This document shows, one piece after another, positions 1 to 12,262 of a stretch of DNA of 64,000 bases. The stretch is from Octopus vulgaris (taxonomy: Eukaryota). The notes beneath the pieces were generated by a model. That model was not told where the DNA came from. It saw only the letters and a program-made list of their open reading frames with translations, and did no database searches. The number at the start of each line of letters is the position of its first letter. Position 1 is the stretch's first letter. Location of the stretch: positions 69,564,001 through 69,628,000 of the forward strand of contig OX597827.1 in NCBI GenBank assembly GCA_951406725.2, read 5' to 3'. A program made the position numbers and the translations under genes.

Positions 1-356
1 TCCTTGTTTGTCCCCTCTATGCTTAGCCCCTTGTGGGTAATAAAGAAATAAGTATTTCGTCTGCCTTTTCGTTCTGAGTTCAAATTCCGCCGAGGTCAAC
101 TTTGCCTTTCATCCTTTCGGGGTCGATAAATTAAGTACCAGTTATGCACTGGGGTCGATATAATCGACTTAGTCCGTTTGTCTGTCCTTGTTTATCCTCT
201 CTGTGCTTAGCCCCTTGTGGGTAATAAAGAAATAGGTACTTCGTCTGCCGCTACGTTCTGAGTTCAAATTTCGCCGAGGTCGACTTTGCCTTTCATCCTT
301 TCGGGCTCGAGAAATTAAGTTGCGTACTGGAGTCGATCTAATCGACTGCCCCCCCA
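1..356 (+). mobile_element. SINE family A (tRNA-derived), head-to-tail multimer, partial
   Basis: Repeats of the unit GTATTTCGTCTGCC...GAGTTCAAATTCC (B-box)...GTCGACTTTGCCTTTCATCCTTTCGGGGTCGAT...GCCCCTTGTGGGTAATAAAGAAAT. The same unit recurs more than 10 times in the window. Confidence 0.85.
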
Positions 357-411
357 CTCTCCCAAAATTTCAGGCCTTGTGCCTAGAGTAGAAAAGAATA
401 AATTAAGTAAG

Positions 412-797
412 AAGCGCAGACGTGGCTATGAGGTAAGAAGTTTGCTTCTAAACCACATTGTTCCGGGTTCAGTCCCATTGCGTGGTACCTTGGGCAATGT
501 CTTACATTATACCTTCAAGCCGACCAGAGCCTTGCGAGTGATTTGATAGACGGAAACTGAAAGAAGCTCATCATATGCATGCATGAGTGTGTGTGTGTGT
601 GTGTGTGTTTATCTCTCACCACCGCTCTCCGCTTGACAACTGCTGTTGGTGTGTTTACGTTCCCCTAACGTAGAGGTTCGGCAAAAGCAAACCGATAGAA
701 TAAATACCAGGCTTGAAAACAAAATCGATTCATTCGATCAAAAACTCTTCAAAGCTGCGCTCCAGCATGGCCGCAGTCTAGTGACTGAAACACAAGC
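412..797 (+). mobile_element. SINE family B (tRNA head, CORE-like ACCTTGGGCAAGT block, internal microsatellite)
   Basis: Head TGGCT..GGTAAG...GGTTCAGTCCC, ACCTTGGGCAA, (TG)n core and CCAGCATGGCCGCAGTC...GACTGAAAC tail; about 25 copies or fragments in the window. Confidence 0.8.
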
Positions 798-1227
798 AAA
801 TCAGCTTGGCTGGTAATTCTTCCATCCATCCATCGCAGAGCTCGGAGCTTCCACCCATTTGATTCAACGAGGGGACAGTCTCCAGAAACAACAAAGATCT
901 GTGGGTAGGACAATAATACACATACACGAATTTTAGTCAAGACGATTCGGAAGTAGAGCTCAACGTGTCGCTTGTGATGGAATCTCTGCTGGCTTTTGTG
1001 TACAGAGGAAGAGAGAGTTACGCTCGCCATCAGGAACAACATGAACGACCTGTGTCACCTAATGAAATGCGATGGCCTCTTTTGCATAAGTTTCGGGCGC
1101 AACACAGACACACACACTTTTACAAATATCTACAGACACATATTTATGCATATTTACATATACAGATATATTCACTCACACATATATACGTATATATATC
1201 TTCATATACATATAAATTTATACATAC

Positions 1228-1394
1228 ATGTATCTATCTATCTATTTATCCATCCATCTGTCTATCTCTCCCTCTCTCTATCTATCTACCTATCTCTCCT
1301 TCTCTGTCTATCTATCTATCTATCTATCTATCTGCCTAACTCTCTCTCTATCTATCCCTCTCTGTCTATCTATCTACCTATCTCTCCCTCTCTG

Positions 1395-1451
<57 letters not shown>

Positions 1452-1520
1452 ATCTATCTCTCCCTCCCTCTCTGTCTATCTACTTATCTCCCCGCCACCT
1501 CTCTCTCTCTCTCTCTCCAC
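1228..1520. repeat. (TATC)n/(TC)n compound microsatellite
   Basis: Read directly from the sequence. Confidence 0.95.
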
Positions 1521-1719
1521 ACACATACACACCAAACAGACACACGGACTCGCTCCCTTATAGCTCAACACACAAAGAGAGAGACAAACGTCAACACAAA
1601 CTGTAAACAAGAGATAAAAGGCTACAAAAGCCAAAACAGGCGGATGAGCTTACAAAGCTGAAAGCAGCTCGAATCGTTACTCAGCTTCTAATTGTCGACC
1701 TTGAGACAGAGAGAGAAAA

Positions 1720-1775
<56 letters not shown>

Positions 1776-1830
1776 ACACAGAAACGCGTGTGCCTATACA
1801 CATACAGATTTGTAGGGAATACTTGGTTGC

Positions 1831-1898
<68 letters not shown>

Positions 1899-1916
1899 AT
1901 ATATATATATATATAT

Positions 1917-2320
1917 TCTCTTTTACTCTTTTACTTGTTTCAGTCATTTGACTGCGGCCATGCTGGAGCACCGCCTTTAATCGAGCAACTCGACCCCGGA
2001 ACTTATTCTATTGTAAGCCCAGTACTTATTCTATCGGTCTCTTTTGCCGAACCGCTAAGTGACGGGGACACAAACACACCAGCATCTGTTGTCAAGCAAT
2101 GCTATGGGGACAAACACAGACACACAAACACACACACGCATACATATATATATATACATATATACGACGGGCTTCTTTCAGTTTCCGTCTACCAAATCCA
2201 CTCACAAGGCATTGGTCGGCCCGAGGCTATAGTAGAAGACACTTGCCCAAGGTGCCACACAGTGGGACTGAACCCGGAACCATGTGGTTGGTAGACAGGC
2301 TACTACCACACAGCCACTCC

Positions 2321-2322
<2 letters not shown>
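1917..2322 (-). mobile_element. SINE family B, near full length
   Basis: Reverse complement of the family B consensus, from the (CTCTTTTA)n tail to the head CCACACAGCCACTCCTGC; flanked by (TA)n. Confidence 0.9.
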
Positions 2323-2367
<45 letters not shown>

Positions 2368-2669
2368 GTGTCTCTATATGGCTATCGATACACACACATA
2401 TATATATATATAAAGTCAAAATAAGGGTGAAAAAAATTGAATATTAATTAATAACATCAATTAAAACACCAAGTGGCTTAGCGTATAAAAGACTGGAACA
2501 CAGTAAAAATTATTAATTCAAAACAATAAGAGAGGATCCACTATGTGGTTGAATTAATTCTTGAGAACAATTCCTTGGTGTCGGATTCCCTTTGCGGATC
2601 TATATCTAGCGTTAGAGCGTCCACATAGTGGACTCTCTCTTATTGTTTTGTTTTAATATATATATATAT

Positions 2670-2887
2670 ATTTCTTTATTGCCCACAAGGGGCTAAACAT
2701 AGAGGGGACAAACAAGGACAGACAAACGGATTAAGTCGATTACATCAACTCCCAGTGCGAAACTGGTACTTTATTTATCGACCCCGAAAGGATGAAAGGT
2801 AAAGTCGACCTCGGCGGAATTTGAACTCGAGGTCGACTTTACCTTTCATCCTTTCGGGGTCGATAAATAAAGTACCAGTTTCGCACT
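2670..2887 (-). mobile_element. 5'-truncated SINE A with perfect 60-bp fold-back
   Basis: SINE A minus copy at 2670-2827; 2828-2887 is the exact reverse complement of 2754-2813. Confidence 0.9.
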
Positions 2888-3340
2888 ATATATATATATA
2901 TATACACACACACTCACACTCACACAAGCATATAAATACACATACACACAGACATATACGCACGTATGATTACACGATGTGTATGTATGTATGTATGTAA
3001 TCACAAACCTCACAGCACAACATAACGCAACATGCTCGTTTATAATAACAAGAGTCAAACAACACAGCTAGACTTAGAAATATGGAGAACACAGTCAAAC
3101 CACGCGTTAGGAAGCATATGATTTCCAAAAGCAAACGCTCATTAAGAAGATTAATTAATAAAAAAAAAACTATAAAGAAGCATAGAATACATTCTCTTAA
3201 TTACTACGGCAGGTATTAATGGTGTTTTCCTTCCGATATGCGAAGCTACAACTGTGAATATGTGCGTCGTACACAGTAGGACCTCCGTTTTATATACACA
3301 CGAAAATGCCAAGTTATATATATATATATATATATATATA

Positions 3341-3730
3341 CTCTTTACTCTCTCTCTTTTACTTGTTTCAGTCATTTGACTGCGGCCATGCTGGAGCACC
3401 GCCTTTAATCGAGCAACTCGACCCTGGGACTTATTCTTTTGTAAGCCCAGCACTTATGCTATCGGTCTCTTTTGCCGAACCGCTAAGTAACGGGGACATA
3501 AACACACCAGCATCGGTTGTCAAGTAATGCTAGGGGGACAAACACAGACACACAAACATATATATATACATATATACGACGGGCTTCTTTTCAGTTTCCG
3601 TCCACCAAATCCACTTACAAGGCTTTGGTCGGCCCGGGGCTATAGCAGAAGACACTTGCCCAAGTGGGACTGAACCTGGAACCATGAGATTGGTAAACAA
3701 GCTACTTACCACACAGCCACTCCTGTGCCT
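3341..3730 (-). mobile_element. SINE family B
   Basis: Same tail, core and head motifs as 1917-2322. Confidence 0.9.
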
Positions 3731-3936
3731 ATATATATATATATATATACATACACAAAAGATTATACATACATATATGTAATATATTGGTAGTTTTTTA
3801 TGTTGAGTTATGATAAAAGAAAACTTGTAGAATATATATTTATTTATTCATTTACAAGAATAGTGTTGACAGTGACTCCGAAGTTTCGGCCAGCTGGCCT
3901 TCATTAGAGATGTGTGTATGTGTATATAAATAAGGG

Positions 3937-4029
<93 letters not shown>

Positions 4030-4492
4030 GCAAACACAATCGTGTAAGCACATTATCAATTGTCCAATACTGTATTATATACATGGAAGGCAGTGGACAC
4101 ATTTAATAAACAACAAACGTTGAAAGAGGTAGGTAGGTACATGTACACCGAGCTAAGCAAAAGATAACCGCATTCACACACACACACCCACACACATACA
4201 CGAGTGTAGAATTTTTAAAACTATAATCCATTCAGAATATTGCTACATACACTCACACACACACACACACATATATATATACACACATACACATGCATAT
4301 ATATACATACACATGCACATATACGCATGCATATATTATATTTATATAGACATGCTTATATATAAATACATATACATACATATGCATTTATATATATATA
4401 TATATGTATGTATACATACATGTGCATAAAGATACATATATAGAACACATATACACGCGCGCACACACACACATGCAATTGGGTGAATGCAT

Positions 4493-4741
4493 ATCTATCC
4501 ATCCATCTATCTATCTATCTACCTACCTACCTACCTATCTACCTACCTATCTGTCTGTCTATCTATCTATCTATCTATCAATCCATCCATCCATCTATCT
4601 ATCTATCTATCTATCAATCCATCCATCCATCTATCTATCTATCTATCTATCTACCTACCTACCGATCTATCTATCTATCTACCTATCTATCTATCTATCT
4701 ATCTATCTATCTGTCTATCTATCTATCTGTCTATCTATCTG

Positions 4742-4786
<45 letters not shown>

Positions 4787-4806
4787 ATATATATATATAT
4801 ATATAT
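4493..4806. repeat. (TATC)n microsatellite
   Basis: Read directly from the sequence. Confidence 0.95.
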
Positions 4807-5543
4807 TGATAAAACGGTAAGATAACAAAATATATATATATATATATATATATATGCATACATATGCATAACACAGAAAGCCTCCATGTTACGTCATGTG
4901 CTTGTGTTTATATGTCGCTGTTATTCAGCCCCAGGCTAGCAATGGTCGTATAGCTTCGTAAAGGCATTTTTAGCTACATCGAAACAGAGCTGAGCAGAGC
5001 AATGTGTCCCCGCCTCTTCAAGACTGCAAATACGCAAAATATAAGGGGGAAATTTAGCTGCTATTCTCAGCATAATTACGTACCACTATGACCCTGTGTA
5101 TAAGCAACATTGAAAAATACGAAGGTGTGTATAGGAATATATGTTTGTGTGCGTGCGTGCGTGCATATATATGTGTATGTATGCATGTAGGTATGTATGT
5201 ATGTATGTATATACACACACACGTTCTACCAATGTTATGACGATGTGTTATGTATGTTGTTAGTTTTTTTCTTTTTTTTTTAAATCTTCGACCGTGAATT
5301 GAAGAAGTCGTACAGATGACATCACTAAGCTGATGTCTGGTTTGAATAGTCTGCTGGTGAGAGAAGTGGAGAGAGGAGAGAAGAGAGAGAGAGAGAGAAT
5401 GAAAGAGAGAAGGAGAGATGGAAAGAGAGAAGGAAAGAGAAGGGGAGGTGGAAAGAGAAAGAGAGATGGAAAGTGAGAGAAATAGAGAGGGAAGAGAATA
5501 GACACTGAGTAATGTAGTGTGTGTGTATGTATCTATGTATATA

Positions 5544-5612
<69 letters not shown>

Positions 5613-5616
<4 letters not shown>

Positions 5617-5955
5617 TGTTGTTTTTATTATTATTGTCTTTTATTGTATTTTTGTATTTATATTCGTGTAGCATCGTCTGTTTTTCCGTCCTTGTTTCGT
5701 ATACATTCGAAGCTTTTTTCCAAGGAATCTAATGCTCTTAGCTTAGTTTTTTCCTTGGGGCTGGCCAGATTGGAGCAATCTGAAGATTAATCAGCCGAAA
5801 TTGCGAGGATGCTCCGGTTCTTGACTGAAGATAGAAAGCTTCGAATGACTCGTCCTTGTTTTTTTTTTTTTTGTATCGTCTATCTGGATGTTTTGTCCCT
5901 TTTTGTATCACCTAATTGTCCGGATGTTTTGCGTTCTTGTCCCATTTTGTATTGT

Positions 5956-5960
<5 letters not shown>
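5613..5960. repeat. Dispersed repeat fragment, possibly Penelope-like terminal region
   Basis: TCAGCCGAAATTGCGAGGATGCTCCGGTTCTTGACTGAAGA recurs inverted at 20361-20420; both copies are microsatellite-flanked. Confidence 0.5.
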
Positions 5961-6036
<76 letters not shown>

Positions 6037-6868
6037 CACACGGATATATAAACACACATTTATTTATATATATATATATAGATGTATATATATGAATGTA
6101 TGTTAAGTTTGGTGATGCAAACAGGAAAATGGGATTCAGAACATGAGTGTGCGTGTGTATTCATCATAATTAATGATCTGTAAGAAGTTACAGATTGACT
6201 CGAAGGCCGAGTTTTACACACACACACATTAGTTTTACACACACGCGCATTCATACATACATATATATAAACGAAAGTGAGCCAAGAGAACTTATCCAAT
6301 GGCAAAGTATTTTGTTAACAAAAGCGACTGAAGTTGTATCAAATGCCATACAACATAAGATCTGAGCTTTTACTTCAGTTATTAGACTGCAACCAGCCAT
6401 GCTGGAGTACTGCCATGAAGGATTTTAGTCGAACGAATCTACTCTAGTACTTTTTATTTTAAAGCCTGGTACTTACTGTCGGGCTCTTTTGTCGAACTGC
6501 CAAGTTACGGGAGTGTAGACATACCAACTATATATATTATAAATATATTTCGTGCAATTCGCAACTAAAATTTTTGGAAAAGTAAATGAGCGGACACTAA
6601 ACCGGCGCGTGTGTTAAATAATAAGACACTAAAAGAGGACTCTCCCCAGACAACAGTATATATATATATATATATGTATGTGTGTATGTGTGTGTGTGTG
6701 TGGATCAAAACAGTGTGATTCAAATTCGTTGGTACTCTTAAGTTTCAAGCGTGATGCTAGTCGTCAGCCATGGTTGAGTACCAACAAATTTGAATCAAAA
6801 TGTTTTGATCCATACATGTAACTTCCAATAAATTGGTTGAGTGCCTTTCTTTCGTTTGTCCACTCACT

Positions 6869-6923
<55 letters not shown>

Positions 6924-7239
6924 GAGTGAGTGGACAAACGAAATGGAGATGAGCACTGATGTTTCTATGCGATAATCTTGATAATTGCTGAAGCCTTTCT
7001 TAACATAAAACCAATGGTAGCCTTAATACACAAATAAAGAAAATTTACTAATGCGGTGTTGAGCACTCATTCTTATTGTTCGATTGTAAGCGGTGACATG
7101 GTCCTTATGAAAAGTCACCCCCCCTCAAATGTGTTGGCCTTTGGGTGAGTCTCCAGTGAGGGTAACGTCATACCGCCCCACAACTTTGGACAGTGATTTA
7201 GGCTCAATTCAGACAGCTATATGAAGTTGCTAAGGAGTG

Positions 7240-7526
7240 GGTACCATACCTCCGGAAATAGTCGGAAGTGGTTGTCGGAGAATTTCTACTTCACCAGTAT
7301 CAATTTCTGCTCTCCTAAGTCTATCAGATTGGAACCCTGTGAAGCACTATGCGTGAAGCGCAGTCGAGGAAGACATCAACCACTTTGTCTGTACCACCAA
7401 GGCCGAGCTAGTGGCTAAGACCAAAGATGTAAAGATCTTCTCAGAGACACATTGAGGAACGCATGCACTAGGTCCCAGAGCTGTCTTGAGGTCGTGGTAG
7501 AAGCTGGGTGTGGCTACTTTGAGTAA
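7240..7526 (+). pseudogene. Degraded Tc1/mariner-superfamily transposase C-terminus
   Basis: Broken translation HTSGNSRKWLSENFYF..., then ...TTKAELVAK... and ...RNACTR..SCLEVVVEAGCGYFE*. This matches the typical H-T-S / RLEAVVEAEGGYFE end of Tc1/maT-like transposases. Frameshifted. Confidence 0.6.
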
Positions 7527-7565
7527 ACTCATCTCTCTGCCATAATCTAGTTGATATTTTTTTGA

Positions 7566-7850
7566 TTTTGGTAGATGGAAACTGAAAGAAGCCCGTCGTA
7601 TATATATATATATATATATATATGTACATATATCTACGAATGTGAGTCTTTGTATCTGTGTTTGTCCCCACATCACCGCTTGACAACCGGTGTTGGTGTG
7701 CTTACATCCCCGCAACTTAGCGGTTCGGCAAAAGATACCAATAAAATAAATACCAGGCTTAAGAAATAAGTACTGGGGATGATTCATCCGGCTAAAAATT
7801 CAAGGCGGTGCCCCAGCATGGCCGCAGTCTAATGACTGAAACAAGTAAAC
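7566..7850 (+). mobile_element. SINE family B, 5'-truncated
   Basis: GGAAACTGAAAGAAGCCCGTCG, then (TA)n, then the CCAGCATGGCCGCAGTC tail. Confidence 0.8.
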
Positions 7851-8160
7851 ACCCAGGTCTAAAGAGCTTATCTCGAACCGGTAAAGCTCCTCTGTAACAT
7901 TGCCAGGCCAGGGACTTTTGGTAATCATCCATAGGCCCCTGGGCCGAATGTTCTTTGGAACAGGTTGGCCAGTTGATCCTCGTCGAAGCCTAGGGTTTCC
8001 CCCAGGACGTCGTTACACTTAAACTCTACCAACCCTCTATAGGAAAAACGAGGCAGTACCCGCTCCGCCACCGGCGTTGCCCGACTGGGAGAGAAGCACG
8101 AGTGCCTGATGGCTCTCTGCATGCCAAACGCCCAACCTCTGTCTACACTTGATCCATGGG
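7851..8160 (-). mobile_element. Fragment of a second, diverged L1/Tx1-type LINE ORF2
   Basis: Peptide YRGLVEFKCNDVLGETLGFDEDQLANLFQRTFGPG aligns with YRGLVEGRYDDDLGENLGVDEEYLTRLFETTFGPG of ORF 62891-63706. Confidence 0.8.
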
Positions 8161-8480
8161 TTCGGTTTGGTAAACGATGTACAAATAAGATAGTAGAAGG
8201 TTTTCGGAAGTGATACTGTGTTTTTTCTTTCATTTTATGCAGACTGCCAATTTAGCCCGCACCCCCAGGATGTAAACTTCTATTTCGAAGTGGGAGCGCT
8301 AGTCAGTGATAATATGTCTAAATGTAATGTGATTACCAATTTAAATATGCTTGTGGCACGTCTGGGCAAATTAACAAGACACGACAAAACACAGTGAATT
8401 GCTTGTTTATTAGTCCAAACGCCATACAAGCATATCTGAACCGGTAATAGCATTGTAAGTGTACTTGTATATATCTGTAC

Positions 8481-9025
8481 GTGGAGGCGCAATGGCCCAG
8501 TGGTTAGGGCAGCGGACTCGAGGTCGTAGAATCGCAGTTTCGATTCCCAGACCGGGCATTGTGAGTGTTTATTGAGCGAAAACACCTAAAGCTCAACGAG
8601 GCTCCGGGTGGTGGTGAACCCTGCTATACTCTTTCACCACAACTTTCTCTCACTCTTTCTTCCTGTTGTACCTGTATTTCAAAGGGACCAGCCATATCAC
8701 ACTCTGTGTCACGCTGAATCTCCCCGAGAACTACGTTAAGGGTATACGTGTCTGCGAGCTGGCAGAAACGTTAGCACACCGGGCGAAATGCTGAGCGGTA
8801 TTTCGTCTGCCGTTACGTTCTGAGTTCAAATTCCGCCGGGGTCGACTTTGCCTTTCATCCTTTCGAGGTCGATTAAATAAGTACCAGTTAATCACTGGAG
8901 TCGATGTAATCGACTTAATCCCTTTGACTATCCTTGTTTGTCCCCTCTGTGTTTAGCCCCTTGTGGGTAGTAAAGAAATAGGTACACGTGTCTGTGAAAT
9001 GCTCGGCCTCTTGCACATTAATAAA
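8481..9025 (+). mobile_element. SINE family C (tRNA head) interrupted by SINE A
   Basis: A-box TGGCCCAGTGG and B-box GTTTCGATTCCC. The tail TTTCAAAGGG..CACACTCTGTGTCACGCTGAAT..AACTACGTTAAGGG is shared with 40318-40420. Confidence 0.75.
8755..8980 (+). mobile_element. SINE A monomer with 14-bp TSD
   Basis: Head CGAGCTGGCAGAAACGTTAGC to tail TAAAGAAATA; flanked by GGTATACGTGTCTG (8741-8754) and GGTACACGTGTCTG (8981-8994). Confidence 0.9.
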
Positions 9026-10111
9026 TGAGCTGCGACGTCACTGGTGCCAAGCTGTATCGGATCCTTTGGATAACATCGGTGGCGTGGAGAGGGGAGGCTG
9101 GTATGCATGGGCGACTGCTGGTCTTCCATAAACAACCTTGCCTAAAGGGTAACTTTCTAGGTGCAATCCCATGGTCATTCATGACCGAAGGGGGTCACAA
9201 TATATCTGTACGCCTTTGTTTGTGTTTTGTTCCCTCGCCTCCAATCGCTTGACAACGGTGCTGGTTTGTTTACGCCTCGGTATATATATATATATGACGG
9301 GTTTCTTTCAGTTTCCGTCTACCAAATCCACTCAAGCTATAGAAGACACTGGTCACGCAGTGGGACTGAACCTTGAACTATGTGGTTAGTAAGCAAGCTA
9401 CTTACCACACAGCCACTCCTGCACCTTACACACTTCGGTTTTTGTATCTGGTTTGCAAGATTCTTTATGTGAGAATTCGGGTTGCAATTAATAATAAAAG
9501 AAGTGGAATTGAACCAGTGCGTGTGTGTGTGTGTCTGTTAATTCTAATGGCATAATATAAACGACTCTCCCTAGACAAGAGAGAACCTGTTAAGTATTAT
9601 CAGTGGAAGGAAATAACGGGAGTCAAAGGGAATGAGTAATAAAAGAAAAACAAACACAAAACTATAGGGGAAAAAAAGGGATCAAATAGAAGAGAACGAG
9701 AGAAAGGAAGGAGACACTCAGACGGAGACAGAAACATTATCAGGGGAGATGGGGGGAGTCACAAAGGGAGTTGAAGTGAATCAGTAAGAATATAAAGGGG
9801 TGGGGGTGGGGTGGATGTGAACGTGATCAAAAGACGAAAGAGAGAGAAAGAATAAGGTCAAAAAGAGGGAAGACTACAAGTGTATGAGTAAGCTTGATGT
9901 ATGATTAATGAAATGAAAACAGAGAAGGTAGCAAAGTGAACAGAGACGGGCAGTGAACAGAGAGGGGGTGTGTGGAGTATTGCTTTGAGTAAGGGTGGGT
10001 TATTAGAGATTTAATTAACGAATTGGTCTGATAGACACTTAGCTTTACTCGTTGATACCACCAACCACAACAACAAGGCAAGATGTAAAGTGAACCGTGC
10101 TGTCCTAACCT

Positions 10112-10169
<58 letters not shown>

Positions 10170-10260
10170 AGGAATAAATAGATAGGTAAACAGTCGATTG
10201 TGAGTGGTGTGTGTATGTGTGTGTATAAATATGTATGTGTATGTGTGTGTGTGAATTTTA

Positions 10261-10363
10261 GCGAAGGTGAAGAATATGCACACCACCACCACCACCCGTT
10301 TTTCGATGGTTAGGGTTACGTCGAAAAAAACGGGGTGGTGGTATGCATATTCTTCACCTCCGC
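10261..10363. mobile_element. Small fold-back (MITE-like) element with GGTTAGGGTTA loop
   Basis: Outer arms GCGAAGGTGAAGAATATGCA / TGCATATTCTTCACCTCCGC; inner arms CCCGTTTTTCGA / TCGAAAAAAACGGG. Confidence 0.6.
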
Positions 10364-10604
10364 CATGAATAATTATTTTTCGGAACAGTGAGGGGGATCT
10401 CCAAGCACATAAAGCTATGAATAATAGAGTGTAAATATTGGGTTACAAAAAATAAATAAATAAATAAACAAAAGAAAAAAAAAAAAAACTCCTTGGACAG
10501 AAAACGTTGAAGCTTTATCTGCTTCGAGATGCACTGTTCCAAAACAGAATTATCTAACGTTCTCTCTGAGTTTACAAATTCTTATGTCAACAAATATGTG
10601 TGTG

Positions 10605-10649
<45 letters not shown>

Positions 10650-10667
10650 ATAGGTTAAATTAGTGAG

Positions 10668-10722
<55 letters not shown>

Positions 10723-10744
10723 TAGATAGATAGATAGATAGATA

Positions 10745-10778
<34 letters not shown>

Positions 10779-11268
10779 AAAGACTTGTAGAGGAATCGAA
10801 TCGAAGAATAGAGGCACCTGCATAGCAGACAAGAGCCAGCGAGGTTAGCCTCCAACGTGGTCGCACGAACTACTAGAAATAGCAACCGAATATCCCTCAC
10901 ATCACACCACACAACCGTATTAAAATAGCAGCCAATCAGACTCCCTAACAACAAATACATGTGTGTGTGTAAGTGCGTGTTTGTGTCTGTGTGTGTGTGA
11001 GAGTGAGAGAGAAAGAGAGAGAGATTTACGTGCAATGCCAAAATTCTATGAAACGTGTGTATGTTTGCAGTTATCGTGTGCGTGTTTGTATATGAAAGAA
11101 AGGTAGAAGAGAAGAGAAGAGAGGAGAGGAGAGAAAAATCAATGTGAGTGTAGTATAGAGAAATAAGGAGAGGGGGGGGTGACCATGAAAAAAAGACAAG
11201 ACACGAAAAAAGGAGGAGTTGACCATGAAAACCAAGTCGACATTTTAAATGTGACGCGAGTGAGAGGA

Positions 11269-11466
11269 AGAGATGGCGAGATAAAGAGAGGGAAAGGAAG
11301 AGATAGTGAGTTAAAGAGGGGGAAAGGAAGAGATGGTGAGATAAAGAGAGGGAAAGGAAAAGATGGTGAGTTAAAGAGAGGGAAAGGAAGAGATGGTAAG
11401 ATAAAGAGGGGGAAAGGAAAAGATGGTGAGATAAAGAGAGGGAAAGGAAGAGATGGTGAGATAAAG
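11269..11466. repeat. 30-bp purine-rich minisatellite (~6.5 copies)
   Basis: Unit GAGATAAAGAGAGGGAAAGGAAGAGATGGT at a 30-nt period. Confidence 0.9.
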
Positions 11467-11658
11467 CGAGGAGGAGGTGGTGGTGAAATAAAGAGACAGA
11501 GGTATAAAAGGAGGGGAGAGGTGGCAATAAGCTTGAGAGTTAAAACACGGATTAGGATAGTTTATACTACATGGCAGTATGTTAATGAGTGAAGTGTGTG
11601 TTTGCATGGCTACAGGAGAGAAGAGGTTTATTGTTCGATTGTTTCACAACATCAGGAT

Positions 11659-11698
<40 letters not shown>

Positions 11699-12262
11699 GT
11701 GGAAGAGCCGTGAGAGGAACTCTGTGTGTGTAACAAGGCGCGAGGTCGCGTACAGTTTTAAAAACCAGCTGTTTATACACCGACATGTTTACACTCACAC
11801 ATATACACGCACACACACACATATATATATATATAAACATACATGCAGACGCGTACAAAACATACGCAGACATTTAATTGAAGTAGACACACAAGAAGCG
11901 AGGCAGTTTAGTTCAGCTAAGCCAGATATTTATTTAATCACTGTGAGTGCACGAAGACTCAACAGGTAGTCGGTGCTACGACGACTTTTTTGAAGTTTAC
12001 GTGAATTAAACAAAAAGGTAGGATGAATTTGAAATAAAACAAAGAAAATTTTACCACAACTAAACTTCGCTTGTTGTTTTTACTATTTCTATTCTCACTC
12101 TAGGCATCTCTTTCTTTCTTCTGATGGAGAACTAACGTCCGAAACGTCGACACTCTTTTCTTTCCATGAAAACGTTGATACAATTATTTGTAAAAGTTTG
12201 TTCTTTCCTTGTATTTACACACATACACACTCGCACAGTGTATGTATGTGTATATGTATCTA

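Noticed and set aside
749-1110. ORF 749-1042 or an exon in unique sequence
   Set aside because: No recognisable homology or clear splice pair, and the ORF runs into a SINE tail.
8481-8556. Possible tRNA genes at SINE heads
   Set aside because: A/B boxes are present but no complete cloverleaf is evident, and each continues into a SINE body.
11179-11592. ORF with (DGEIKRGKGR)n repeats
   Set aside because: Translation of a 30-bp purine minisatellite with no independent coding evidence.
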